A DNA stretch of 64,000 nucleotides from an uncultured delta proteobacterium (GTDB lineage: Bacteria > Myxococcota_A > UBA9160 > UBA4427): the NCBI GenBank assembly GCA_963822965.1, contig CAWGJT010000010.1, forward strand, positions 352,001-416,000, written 5' to 3'. The position numbers and the translations under genes are program-made. Of this stretch, positions 54,168 to 64,000 are shown piece by piece. Every line of letters begins with the position of its first letter. Position 1 is the first letter of the stretch. The notes under the pieces were generated by a model, which saw only the letters and a list, made by a program, of their open reading frames with translations, did not search any database and had not been told where the DNA came from.

Positions 54168-55610
54168 GCCGCGGCCGTCGCGCGGGGCGCAGGTCGTCCT
54201 CTCCGCGTCCGGGTCGTGCTCGCGGGGCTCGTGGCGCTGGCGGGTGCGTGGGCGCTGGCTGCCGGAGCGGCAGGACGCCCCCGTGGCGCGGGTCAATCTC
54301 GCGACCATCGCCGGCACGATCAACCCGGCGTCCGCGGACTACCTCGTGCACGCCATCTCGCGCAGCGAGAGCGAAGGCGCCGACGCGCTGCTGATCGAGC
54401 TCGACACCGAGGGCGGGCTCGTGAGCGCGACCAAGGAGATCATCCAGGCGATCCTCAACGCGAAGGTGCCGGTGATCGTCTACGTGGCCCCGCGCGGCGC
54501 CTGGGCGGCCTCCGCGGGCACCTACATCACCGTTTCGGGGCACGTGGCCGCCATGGCGCCCAGCACCAGCATCGGTGCCGCGCATCCGGTCGGCGTCTCG
54601 GGGGGCGACGAGGCGCCCGCCAGCGTCCCCGCCGTCCCCCGGCGACTCCGAGGAGACGCCCGAGGGCGAGTCGTCTCGCCCCCAATCGGCTCCGGGCCCC
54701 CGCAACCTCTCCATGGAGAAGGCGGAGAACATGCTGGCCGCCTACGCGGAGACGATCGCCAAGGAGCGCCACCGCAACGTCGCCTGGGTGGTGAAGGCCG
54801 TGCGGGAATCCGTGGCCATCGGCGAGGACGAGGCCCTCGAGCTCGGCGTGATCGACCTCGTGGCAGGCAGCCGCGACGAGCTCTTCGAGAAGCTCGAGGG
54901 TCGCGAGGTCGAGGTCGACGGGCGAGCCGGTGGTGCTCCATCTGACGGGCGCCCGCGTGACCCCGATCGAGATGACCCTGGTCCAGCGCATCTTCGACTT
55001 CGTCGCCCACCCGAACATCGCCCTCGTGCTCCTGCTGCTGGGGGGCCTCGGGCTCTACGTGGAAGCCAACAATCCGGGCCTGCTCTTCCCGGGGCTCTCG
55101 GGCCTCGTGTGCCTGCTGCTGGCCGGGATCGGCTTCAACCTGATGCCGTTCTCGTGGGTGGGCCTGATGTTGATCCTGCTGGGCCTCGCGCTCTTCGTGG
55201 CGGAGATCTTCTTCACGTCGTTCGGCGCGTTGTTCGCGGCCGGCGCGCTGTGCATCCTGCTGGGCGGCAGCATGGTCTTCGACCGGCCGGAGCAGAGCGA
55301 CCTCACCATCTCGTTCTGGTCGGTGCTGGTGCCCACCGTCCTCGGCATGTGTATCTTCGCCGGGCTCGTGGTCTTCTCCGTCGGAAGGAGCCTGCTCCTG
55401 AAGCCGACCTCCGGCGTCGACGAGCTCGTCGGTCTCGTCGGGCGCGCGGCTTCCGAGATCGGGCCGACGGGCAAGGTCTTCGTGCGGGGGGAATACTGGA
55501 ACGTCGAGCCCGAGGACCCCGCCGCCCAGCCGATCCCGGAAGGGGAGGCCGTGGAGGTGGTCGCCGTCGAAGGCATGAAGCTCCGCGTCCGGCCCGCCGC
55601 GCCCCGGTAG
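54164..55610 (+). CDS. Long-form NfeD membrane serine protease (frameshifted)
   Basis: [29 protein letters not shown] block, [12 protein letters not shown] domain. Confidence 0.88.
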
Positions 55611-55734
55611 CACGGCCGCCGAGCAGAGAACGAAGCGACGAGGCGAAGAGAGCCGAGGAAGAGAGCCAAGAGAGCAAGACGAACAGAGCGAAACGAAGAG
55701 AGCCCAAGAGAGACCAAGAGAGGGGAACTCGTTC

Positions 55735-56613
55735 ATGATCACCTTTCCGATCATCGTGCTCGGCGCCTTCCTGGCGCTCGCCCTGCTCGGCTTCCGCATC
55801 CTGCCGGAGTACGAGCGGGGCGTCGTGTTCCGGCTGGGACGCTTCACCACCGTGAAGGGCGCGGGCCTGAAGTGGATCATCCCCTTCGTGGATCGCATGG
55901 TGCGCATCGGGCTGCGCGAGATCGTGATGGACGTCCCGGCCCAGGAGGTGATCACCCGGGACAACGTCTCGGTCAAGGTGAACGCCGTCCTCTACTTCCG
56001 CGTGCTGCATCCGGAGATGGCCGTCATCCAGGTGGAGAACTACCTCTACGGCACCTCGCAGCTCGCGCAGACGACGCTGCGATCCGTGTGCGGCCAGGCC
56101 GAGCTCGACGAGCTGCTCTCCGAGCGCGACCGCATCAACCAGCGCCTGCAGGAGATCATCGATCTGCAGACGGAGCCGTGGGGCGTGAAGGTGCGCGCCG
56201 TGGAGGTCAAGCAGATCGACCTTCCCCAGGAGATGCAGCGCGTGATGGCCAAGCAGGCCGAGGCCGAGCGCGAGAAGCGCGCCAAGGTCGTGCTCGCGGA
56301 GGGCGAGTTCCAGGCCGCCCAGCGGCTGGCGGACGCGTCCGCGGTGCTCGCCAGCCAGCCCATGGGTCTGCAGCTCCGCTACCTGCAGACGCTCGCCGAG
56401 ATCGCCGGGGATCGGAACTCGACGACGATCTTCCCGCTGCCGATCGACCTGCTGCAGCCCTTCTTCGATGCCCACCGTGCGGGCGCGCGACGCCGCACCG
56501 CCGCCGGCCTCGCCTTCGGGCAGCGGAGGGAGCTGAAGGATTGGCGTCTCGCGACGACGAAGAGCTGGGCGGCGAGGAGTCGATCCGTCGCTCGGTGGCG
56601 CGCACCCTCGTGA
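55735..56613 (+). CDS. Slipin/stomatin-like SPFH protein
   Basis: [48 protein letters not shown]; 3' end uncertain. Confidence 0.92.
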   Translation: MITFPIIVLGAFLALALLGFRILPEYERGVVFRLGRFTTVKGAGLKWIIPFVDRMVRIGLREIVMDVPAQEVITRDNVSVKVNAVLYFRVLHPEMAVIQVENYLYGTSQLAQTTLRSVCGQAELDELLSERDRINQRLQEIIDLQTEPWGVKVRAVEVKQIDLPQEMQRVMAKQAEAEREKRAKVVLAEGEFQAAQRLADASAVLASQPMGLQLRYLQTLAEIAGDRNSTTIFPLPIDLLQPFFDAHRAGARRRTAAGLAFGQRRELKDWRLATTKSWAARSRSVARWRAPS

Positions 56614-57716
56614 ACTGGCTCGTCGGGCTGGCCTCGCTCGCCGTGATCGTGGGCTGGGCGTCGACCGGCGTCTACCAGCTCGATCCCGGCGAGTCGGCCG
56701 TCGTGCTGCGCCTCGGGGCGCGCGATCGAACGGTCGTCGACGAAGGTCTCAAGCTGGCACCTGCCGGCGCCCATCGAGACCATCGAGAAGGTGAACGTCT
56801 CCGAGGTGCGCCAGCAGAGCTTCGGCCTGCGCGAGCGCGCGCCGTCGCCTCCCCAGGACAACGCAGCCCGGGGACGAGGAGACGCCCGACCCACGGCGAG
56901 GCCACCCCCACCTTCGAGAACGCCATGCAGACGGCGGACAACAACATCGTGAACATCGGCTACGTGCTGAAGTACGAGATCGAGGATGCGTTCACGTACC
57001 TGTACGGAATGGCCGAGCCCGAGAAGACCCTCTTCGACGCGACCCGATCGGCGGTGCGCGAGGTGGTCGGGCAGATGAGCGTGGACGACGTGCTCTACGA
57101 CCGACGCAGCGACATCGAGACGCGCTCGCGCGAGCTGCTCCAGGAGCGGATGGGGAAGTACTTCGCGACGGTCGGGGGCGGCCCGGCCTTCGGCATCCGG
57201 GCCATCGAGCTGCAGGTCGTCCAGCCGCCGGCCCAGGTGCAGGAAGCCTTCGACGAGATGATCGCGGCGGGGCAGGACGAGGAGCGCGCCATCTCCCAGG
57301 CCCGCGGCGACGCGCGGGAGCGGCTCGAGCGGGCCACGGGCACGTCGATCGAGCTCGAGCAGAGCTCCGAGGCCTACAAGCAGTCGAAGGTGCTCGAGGC
57401 CCGGGGACGCGCCTCGCGCTTCGAAGCCCTGCTCGCCGAGTATCGACGGGCGCCGGAAGTCACCGGCCAGCGCCTCTACCTCGAGACCATGGAGGACATC
57501 CTGCCCGAGATCGACAAGATGGTGATCGAGCCGGGCGCGGCCAGCGTGGTGCCGATCATCCCGTTCGGCACGGCGGCGCGGGAGGCCCTGGCACCGGCGC
57601 CGCTTCCGGCGGTCTCGAGTGGAGCCGCTTCTCCCCCGGCCGCGCCTCCGGACGCCGCTTCCTCCTCGGGAGCGGTCGCGTCGGGCAGCGCCGCCAAGCG
57701 GGAGGATGCGCGATGA
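56541..57716 (+). CDS. hflK: FtsH modulator HflK
   Basis: TGVYQL...[46 protein letters not shown]; compensating frameshifts at about 56755-56880. Confidence 0.88.
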   Translation: MASRDDEELGGEESIRRSVARTLVNWLVGLASLAVIVGWASTGVYQLDPGESAVVLRLGARDRTVVDEGLKLAPAGAHRDHREGERLRGAPAELRPARARAVASPGQRSPGTRRRPTHGEATPTFENAMQTADNNIVNIGYVLKYEIEDAFTYLYGMAEPEKTLFDATRSAVREVVGQMSVDDVLYDRRSDIETRSRELLQERMGKYFATVGGGPAFGIRAIELQVVQPPAQVQEAFDEMIAAGQDEERAISQARGDARERLERATGTSIELEQSSEAYKQSKVLEARGRASRFEALLAEYRRAPEVTGQRLYLETMEDILPEIDKMVIEPGAASVVPIIPFGTAAREALAPAPLPAVSSGAASPPAAPPDAASSSGAVASGSAAKREDAR

Positions 57717-58603
57717 GGCGCCTCGTCCTGCCGCTGCTGGTGCTCGCGGGCCTGGCCGGCGGGCTCCTGTGGGCGGGCAACTACGGCTACGGCCCGTTCG
57801 TGATCGTCCGCGAGGACCAGGTCAAGATGCTCCTGCGCTTCGGCGAGGTGGTGCAGACCCTCGAGAAACCCGGGCTCGCCTTCCGCATTCCGGGGGTGGA
57901 CGACGTGCTCACCTACGACGCCCGCCTCCAGTACCTCAACGCCGCGCCGGTGGAGAAGCTCGCGCGCGGGGGCGAGAAGCTGATCATCGACTTCTACGCG
58001 GTCTGGCGCATCGCCGACGCGCATGCCTTCCGCCGCAGCTATCCGCGAGGTCCGGTACAGGCCGAGCAACGCATCCAGGAGACCGTCAACTCCCTGGTGG
58101 GCGCCAAGATCGGAAGTCTCACCCGGGCGCAGCTGCTCGCGCGGTCCGAGGTGATCTCGACGCTCGACGAGGAGAGCGACGCGGAGCTCGCGTCCACGGG
58201 TGTCGACGTGGTCGACGTGCGGCTGAACCGCATCGAGCTTCCCCGGGCGGCAGAGCCCGCGGCCTACAAGCAGATGCGCGAGCAGCGTCGGGCCGTCTCC
58301 CGCGAACGACGCGCCGCCGGCGAGCGGCGCGCGCGGGAGATCCGCGCCAAGGCCGACCGCGAGGCCGAGCTCACCGTGGCGGAGGCGCGCTCCCAGTCGG
58401 AGATCACGCGCGGGGAGGGCGACGCGGAAGCGGCCCGCATCTACGGCGAGGCCTACGGCAAGGACGCCGACTTCTACGCCTTCGTGCGAAGCCTCGAGGC
58501 CTACCGGGCGAGCCTGAAGGGCCGCACGACCCTGGTGCTGCCGCCCGAGCACGAGTTCTTCCGCTTCCTCGACCCCCAGGCCCAGCTCCGGTCGGGTCGC
58601 TGA
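57713..58603 (+). CDS. hflC: FtsH modulator HflC
   Basis: RFGE...PGL, DVRLNRIELP, RGEGDAEAARIY, FYAFVRSLEAY. Confidence 0.9.
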   Translation: MRRLVLPLLVLAGLAGGLLWAGNYGYGPFVIVREDQVKMLLRFGEVVQTLEKPGLAFRIPGVDDVLTYDARLQYLNAAPVEKLARGGEKLIIDFYAVWRIADAHAFRRSYPRGPVQAEQRIQETVNSLVGAKIGSLTRAQLLARSEVISTLDEESDAELASTGVDVVDVRLNRIELPRAAEPAAYKQMREQRRAVSRERRAAGERRAREIRAKADREAELTVAEARSQSEITRGEGDAEAARIYGEAYGKDADFYAFVRSLEAYRASLKGRTTLVLPPEHEFFRFLDPQAQLRSGR

Positions 58604-58625
58604 CGCGCGACGCCGTCGAGCCCGT

Positions 58626-59708
58626 TCAGCTCGGCATGTCGGCGTAGCGCCATCCGGCCCACCCGGTGAACCCGGCCAGCAGCAGCCAGGGCGCCGGCGC
58701 CGGGGGGATCAGGCCGTTGGTGGCCAGGGAATCGACGAGGCTTCGCAGCGCGAAGAAGACCGCAGCGACGCCCACGCCGTACAGGGCGGGCAGGGTGAAG
58801 CCCTGAGCGCCCGTGCGCTCGACGCGCGCGCCCAGCGGGATGGCGGTGAGCACGAAGAGCGCGACCGTCAACGGCTCGGCCAGGCGGGCGTGAAGCAGCG
58901 CGCGGGGCCGGGCCGGCGCGGGACCGTCGCGCTCGGCCCGCTCGATCAGCTGCTGCAGCTCCAGGACCGACAGGGTCGCCACGTCGGCGCTCATCAGCTC
59001 GAGGCCCGTCGGATCCTCGAGGGCGAGGGCCACGTCGCCTTCGTGGCGGACGATGGTCGGCGGGTCGTCGACGTCCGTCCCGAAGCGACGGACGAGCGGC
59101 GTCTCGAAGCGCCACCGCTCCGGGCTCTCGATGACGGCGCGGGCGGCCTCGATGCTGCGGATCAGGTGTCCGTGGTCGTCCACCTCGTAGATCCGGATTC
59201 CCCGCAGGGTGTTCGTGGTTCGATCGGCGTCGTCGATGTTGTATATCGTGCGTCCGCGGTGGTACCAGAAGGATCCCTGGCGGAACGTGACGGGGCGGGT
59301 CTCCGAATCGCGTTGGTTCCAACGGCGGGTGGCGTCGAGAACGATCGTCTCGTGGATCACGAAGGTCGCCGCGCTCAGCAGGAGTCCGACCCCGAGGAGC
59401 GGTGCCGAGACGCGCCGGATCGAGAGCCCTCCCGTCTTCATGCCCGTCAGCTCGAGCCAGCGAGCGGCCGTGGCCAGGGTGAAGAAGGCGGCCGCGAAGG
59501 CGGTGACGGGCAGCAGGTCGCGCAGGTAGTACGAGGGAACGCGGAGCAGGAGATAGCTGGCGATTCCAGGCAGGCCCCGGTCTCCCTGCAGCATGTCTCC
59601 GAGGTTGAGCATCATCTCGACGATCACGATCGTCAGGATCGAGATGGTCAGGAACACAGCGAAGTAGCCGAGGAAGCGTGCGACCAAGTAGCGCGTGAGG
59701 ATGCGCAC
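58626..59708 (-). CDS. LptF/LptG family LPS export permease (LptG-like)
   Basis: RILTRYL, 3 TM + periplasmic + 3 TM layout, ELTGMKTGGLS, C-terminal APAPW. Confidence 0.85.
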   Translation of the reverse strand: MRILTRYLVARFLGYFAVFLTISILTIVIVEMMLNLGDMLQGDRGLPGIASYLLLRVPSYYLRDLLPVTAFAAAFFTLATAARWLELTGMKTGGLSIRRVSAPLLGVGLLLSAATFVIHETIVLDATRRWNQRDSETRPVTFRQGSFWYHRGRTIYNIDDADRTTNTLRGIRIYEVDDHGHLIRSIEAARAVIESPERWRFETPLVRRFGTDVDDPPTIVRHEGDVALALEDPTGLELMSADVATLSVLELQQLIERAERDGPAPARPRALLHARLAEPLTVALFVLTAIPLGARVERTGAQGFTLPALYGVGVAAVFFALRSLVDSLATNGLIPPAPAPWLLLAGFTGWAGWRYADMPS

Positions 59709-59741
59709 GCGACGGATCTTAGCACGCGGGGAGTCCAGCTC

Positions 59742-60692
59742 TTGGAATCGGTTCGCGGTACGGCTGCGCTGGAACGCTCGCTGCGGCGGCCCGTTCTCAC
59801 CATCGGCAACTTCGACGGCCTGCACGTCGGACATCGCGCCATCATGAAGACGGTTCTGGCACGGGCCCGGGACCTGGGGGGCGAGGCGGTCGTCTACACC
59901 TTCGATCCGCACCCGCGCAAGGTGCTGCACCCCGAGCGCGCACCGCGCCTCCTCACCACCCTCGACCAGAAGCTCGAGCTGCTCGAGGAGATGGGAATCG
60001 ACGTCGTGATCGTCGAGCCCTTCGACCGCGCGTTCGCGGAGATCGAGCCCGGGACCTTCGTGCGGGAGTACATCCACCGGCGGGTTCGGCCGATGGAGGT
60101 CTACGTGGGGTACGACTTCCACTTCGGGCGCGATCGGGAGGGCTCCATGCGGCTGCTGACCGAGACCGGACCGCGCCTGGGCTTCTCCGTGACGATCATT
60201 CCCGAGGTCACCATCGACGGCCGCGACGTCAACTCGACGCGCATTCGCGAGCTCCTCGCCGAGGGCGACGTGCAGGAGGCCCAGCGCCTGCTGGGCCGTC
60301 CGTTCCGGGCCCGGGGGATCGTGGTCGAGGGCGTTCACCGGGGCCGCACCCTGGGGTTCCCGACCGCGAACCTCGCGCCCCAGAACGAGGTGCTGCCCCA
60401 GGCGGGCGTCTATGCCGGCTGGACCCGCTTCGTGGACGACGGCGACCCGGCGCGCGGTACGGAGGTGCCGACGGTGACGAACGTCGGGCTGCGTCCGACC
60501 TTCGACGACAGCGAAGGCTTCGTCGCCGAGGCCCACCTGATCGACTTCGAGGGCGAGCTCTACGGGCGCCGCATCGACCTGTCCTTCGAGCGCCGCCTTC
60601 GCGGCGAGCAGAAGTTCTCGGGGCCCGACGCGCTGCGGGAGCAGATCGGGCGGGACGTGGCCGAGGCCCGCCGATGGCTGGGGGCTCGGTGA
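59742..60692 (+). CDS. ribF: Riboflavin kinase/FAD synthetase
   Basis: TIGNFDGLHVGH, TFDPHP, VGYDFHFG, GRTLGFPTAN, NVGLRPTF. Confidence 0.96.
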   Translation: MESVRGTAALERSLRRPVLTIGNFDGLHVGHRAIMKTVLARARDLGGEAVVYTFDPHPRKVLHPERAPRLLTTLDQKLELLEEMGIDVVIVEPFDRAFAEIEPGTFVREYIHRRVRPMEVYVGYDFHFGRDREGSMRLLTETGPRLGFSVTIIPEVTIDGRDVNSTRIRELLAEGDVQEAQRLLGRPFRARGIVVEGVHRGRTLGFPTANLAPQNEVLPQAGVYAGWTRFVDDGDPARGTEVPTVTNVGLRPTFDDSEGFVAEAHLIDFEGELYGRRIDLSFERRLRGEQKFSGPDALREQIGRDVAEARRWLGAR

Positions 60693-61840
60693 ACGCCGCC
60701 ATGGGCTCCGGAGTCGGCTCGGGCACGCACGAGGGGGACCGTCCCGACACCCTCGAGGAGATCGCGCTCGGCGCGGCGCCGGGCGCCACGGACCCGACGC
60801 GGCGCGGCATCCCCGGCTGGCGCGACTGGCGCGTGCTCCTCGGGGTGGCGATCACGATCGTGGCCTTCGGCTTCGCGGTCCACGGCATTCCCCTGGCCGA
60901 CGTGGTCGATTCCATGCGGCACGCTCACCTGCTCGTGCTGCTCGGGCTCTCCGTCCCCGCCTACCTGGGGGCCGTGTACTTCCGCGCCCTGCGTTGGCGC
61001 CACCTCACCAACCCCATCGCGCCCATCCCGCGCGGGCTCCTGACCCGGGGCGTCACCGTGGGCTTCATGGTGAACAATCTCGTGCCGTTGCGGATCGGCG
61101 AGGTGGTGCGGGCGTGGTACGTCTCGCGGGAGAGCGGCGTGAACGCGTCCGCGCTCTTCGGCACGGTGGTCCTCGAGCGCGTGATCGACGTGGTGGCCGT
61201 CGTGCTCCTCGCCTTGGGCGCGCTCTCCTTCGCGGGGGCCGGCTCCGCCCAGCACAGCCTGCTCTCGCGTGGGGCCATCCTGCTGCTGCCGGCCGGGCTG
61301 GTCCCGTTGCTGGGGCTGATGCTGCTGCGGCTGGCGCCCGGGCCGGTGATGCGGATCACCAGATTCTGCGTGCGGCCCCTGCCGGACCGGGTCGCCGCCA
61401 TGGTCGAGCGCCTGCTGGGCAACTTCACCGAAGGGCTGGGGGCGCTCTCCGGGGGGCGACACCTGTTCTGGATCGCCTTCCACTCCGCCATGATCTGGAT
61501 CGTCTTCTCCATGGTGCCGATCCTGGCCGGCCTGCTGGCCTTCGGCATCGACCTCGGCTCCGAGCTGCGGCTCGTGATGGTCTCCTACGTCGCCCTCGGC
61601 GCGGTGGGGGTGGCGGTGGCGATCCCGTCGGCGCCCGGCTTCTTCGGGACGTACCAGCTCGCCTTCAAGGCGGTGCTGGAGCAGTTCGGGGTCTCGTCGG
61701 CCACCGCCCTGGCCCTGGGCCTGGTGGTCTGGTTCGTCTTCTGGGTGACCCTGACCCTGGCGGGCGGGCTGGTGTTGCGAACCGGCGGCACCCGCCTGTC
61801 GGATCTGACCCGGGGCGCACCGCCGCCCGGAGCGCTCTGA
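60689..61840 (+). CDS. Lysylphosphatidylglycerol synthase TM / flippase-like protein
   Basis: RALRWR, NNLVPLRIGEVVR, ERVID, PSAPGFFG. Confidence 0.87.
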   Translation: MNAAMGSGVGSGTHEGDRPDTLEEIALGAAPGATDPTRRGIPGWRDWRVLLGVAITIVAFGFAVHGIPLADVVDSMRHAHLLVLLGLSVPAYLGAVYFRALRWRHLTNPIAPIPRGLLTRGVTVGFMVNNLVPLRIGEVVRAWYVSRESGVNASALFGTVVLERVIDVVAVVLLALGALSFAGAGSAQHSLLSRGAILLLPAGLVPLLGLMLLRLAPGPVMRITRFCVRPLPDRVAAMVERLLGNFTEGLGALSGGRHLFWIAFHSAMIWIVFSMVPILAGLLAFGIDLGSELRLVMVSYVALGAVGVAVAIPSAPGFFGTYQLAFKAVLEQFGVSSATALALGLVVWFVFWVTLTLAGGLVLRTGGTRLSDLTRGAPPPGAL

Positions 61841-62058
61841 GCGTCCCCGCCCGAGCCCGGTACTTCCCCCTGCGATCCGGGGGCTTGCACCCTCCGCCTG
61901 CCGGTCGCCCCGGGGCCGCGCCGGCTCCCAGAGGCGGGTAAAGATCCCCCACCGGCACGCCGATAATCCGGCGAGATTGCGAAGCTTTTCTGTCCTCGGG
62001 CGAGGCGGGAGGCGTGCCGTGCGCGCGTCCCCAGGGCCCAGGGTGCGGGGGGTGTTCT

Positions 62059-63762
<1,704 letters not shown>

Positions 63763-63785
63763 GGCCACGGGAGAAAGATTCGAAA

Positions 63786-64000
63786 ATGGCCAACATGCAC
63801 CAGCTGCTGAAGGCGATGATCGAGAAGGGCGCGAGCGACCTTCACATCACCACCGGCACCGCCCCGCAGCTTCGGATCGACGGCAAGCTGCATCCCCTCA
63901 AGATGCCCCCGATGTCGCCCCAGGAGACGAAGCAGCTCTGCTACTCGGTCCTGACCGACGCCCAGAAGCACCGCTTCGAGGAGACGAACGAGCTCGACCT
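63786..64000 (+). CDS. pilT: Type IV pilus retraction ATPase, 5' part (truncated by the window)
   Basis: MANMHQLLKAMIEKGASDLHITTGTAPQLRIDG; follows pilB. Confidence 0.9.
   Translation, partial: MANMHQLLKAMIEKGASDLHITTGTAPQLRIDGKLHPLKMPPMSPQETKQLCYSVLTDAQKHRFEETNELD

Noticed and set aside
61950..61985. Sigma54 promoter upstream of pilB (GGCACG...TTGC)
   Set aside because: GG-to-GC spacing is far from 10 nt.

Overview
A very GC-rich bacterial chromosome segment that looks Myxococcota-like (RomR, an MglA-like protein, ribF-pilB-pilT, several sigma54 activators). It is mostly core genome: surface-polysaccharide genes, lon, tRNA-Leu(CAG), an ABC-F ATPase, an Rrf2-JAB-TolB-like-sat-ald-gdh run, an lpoB lipoprotein cluster, romR-nadC-birA-coaX, a PP2C/fliA/NtrC/histidine kinase block, a GT4/methyltransferase cluster, a peptidoglycan-recycling cluster, rsmD-coaD-coaBC, nfeD-slipin-hflK-hflC, lptG, ribF, pilB and the start of pilT. 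Two blocks (about 23.5-33.6 kb and 52-57 kb) carry many frameshifts, most likely assembly errors. Best candidates for new biology: (1) a two-TM, coiled-coil protein ending in a RelE/HigB-like domain with no antitoxin; (2) a catalytically dead MglA-like GTPase coupled to a GAF-GAF-GAF-degenerate GGDEF protein; (3) a cluster resembling mycobacterial methylmannose polysaccharide genes (two ManT-like, one MeT3-like); (4) AnmK/AmgK/MurU clustered with an MBL hydrolase and an SpmAB fusion; (5) a MITE-like element and a hairpin-rich non-coding locus around a small XRE gene. All assignments come from motif reading and recall; no searches were run.
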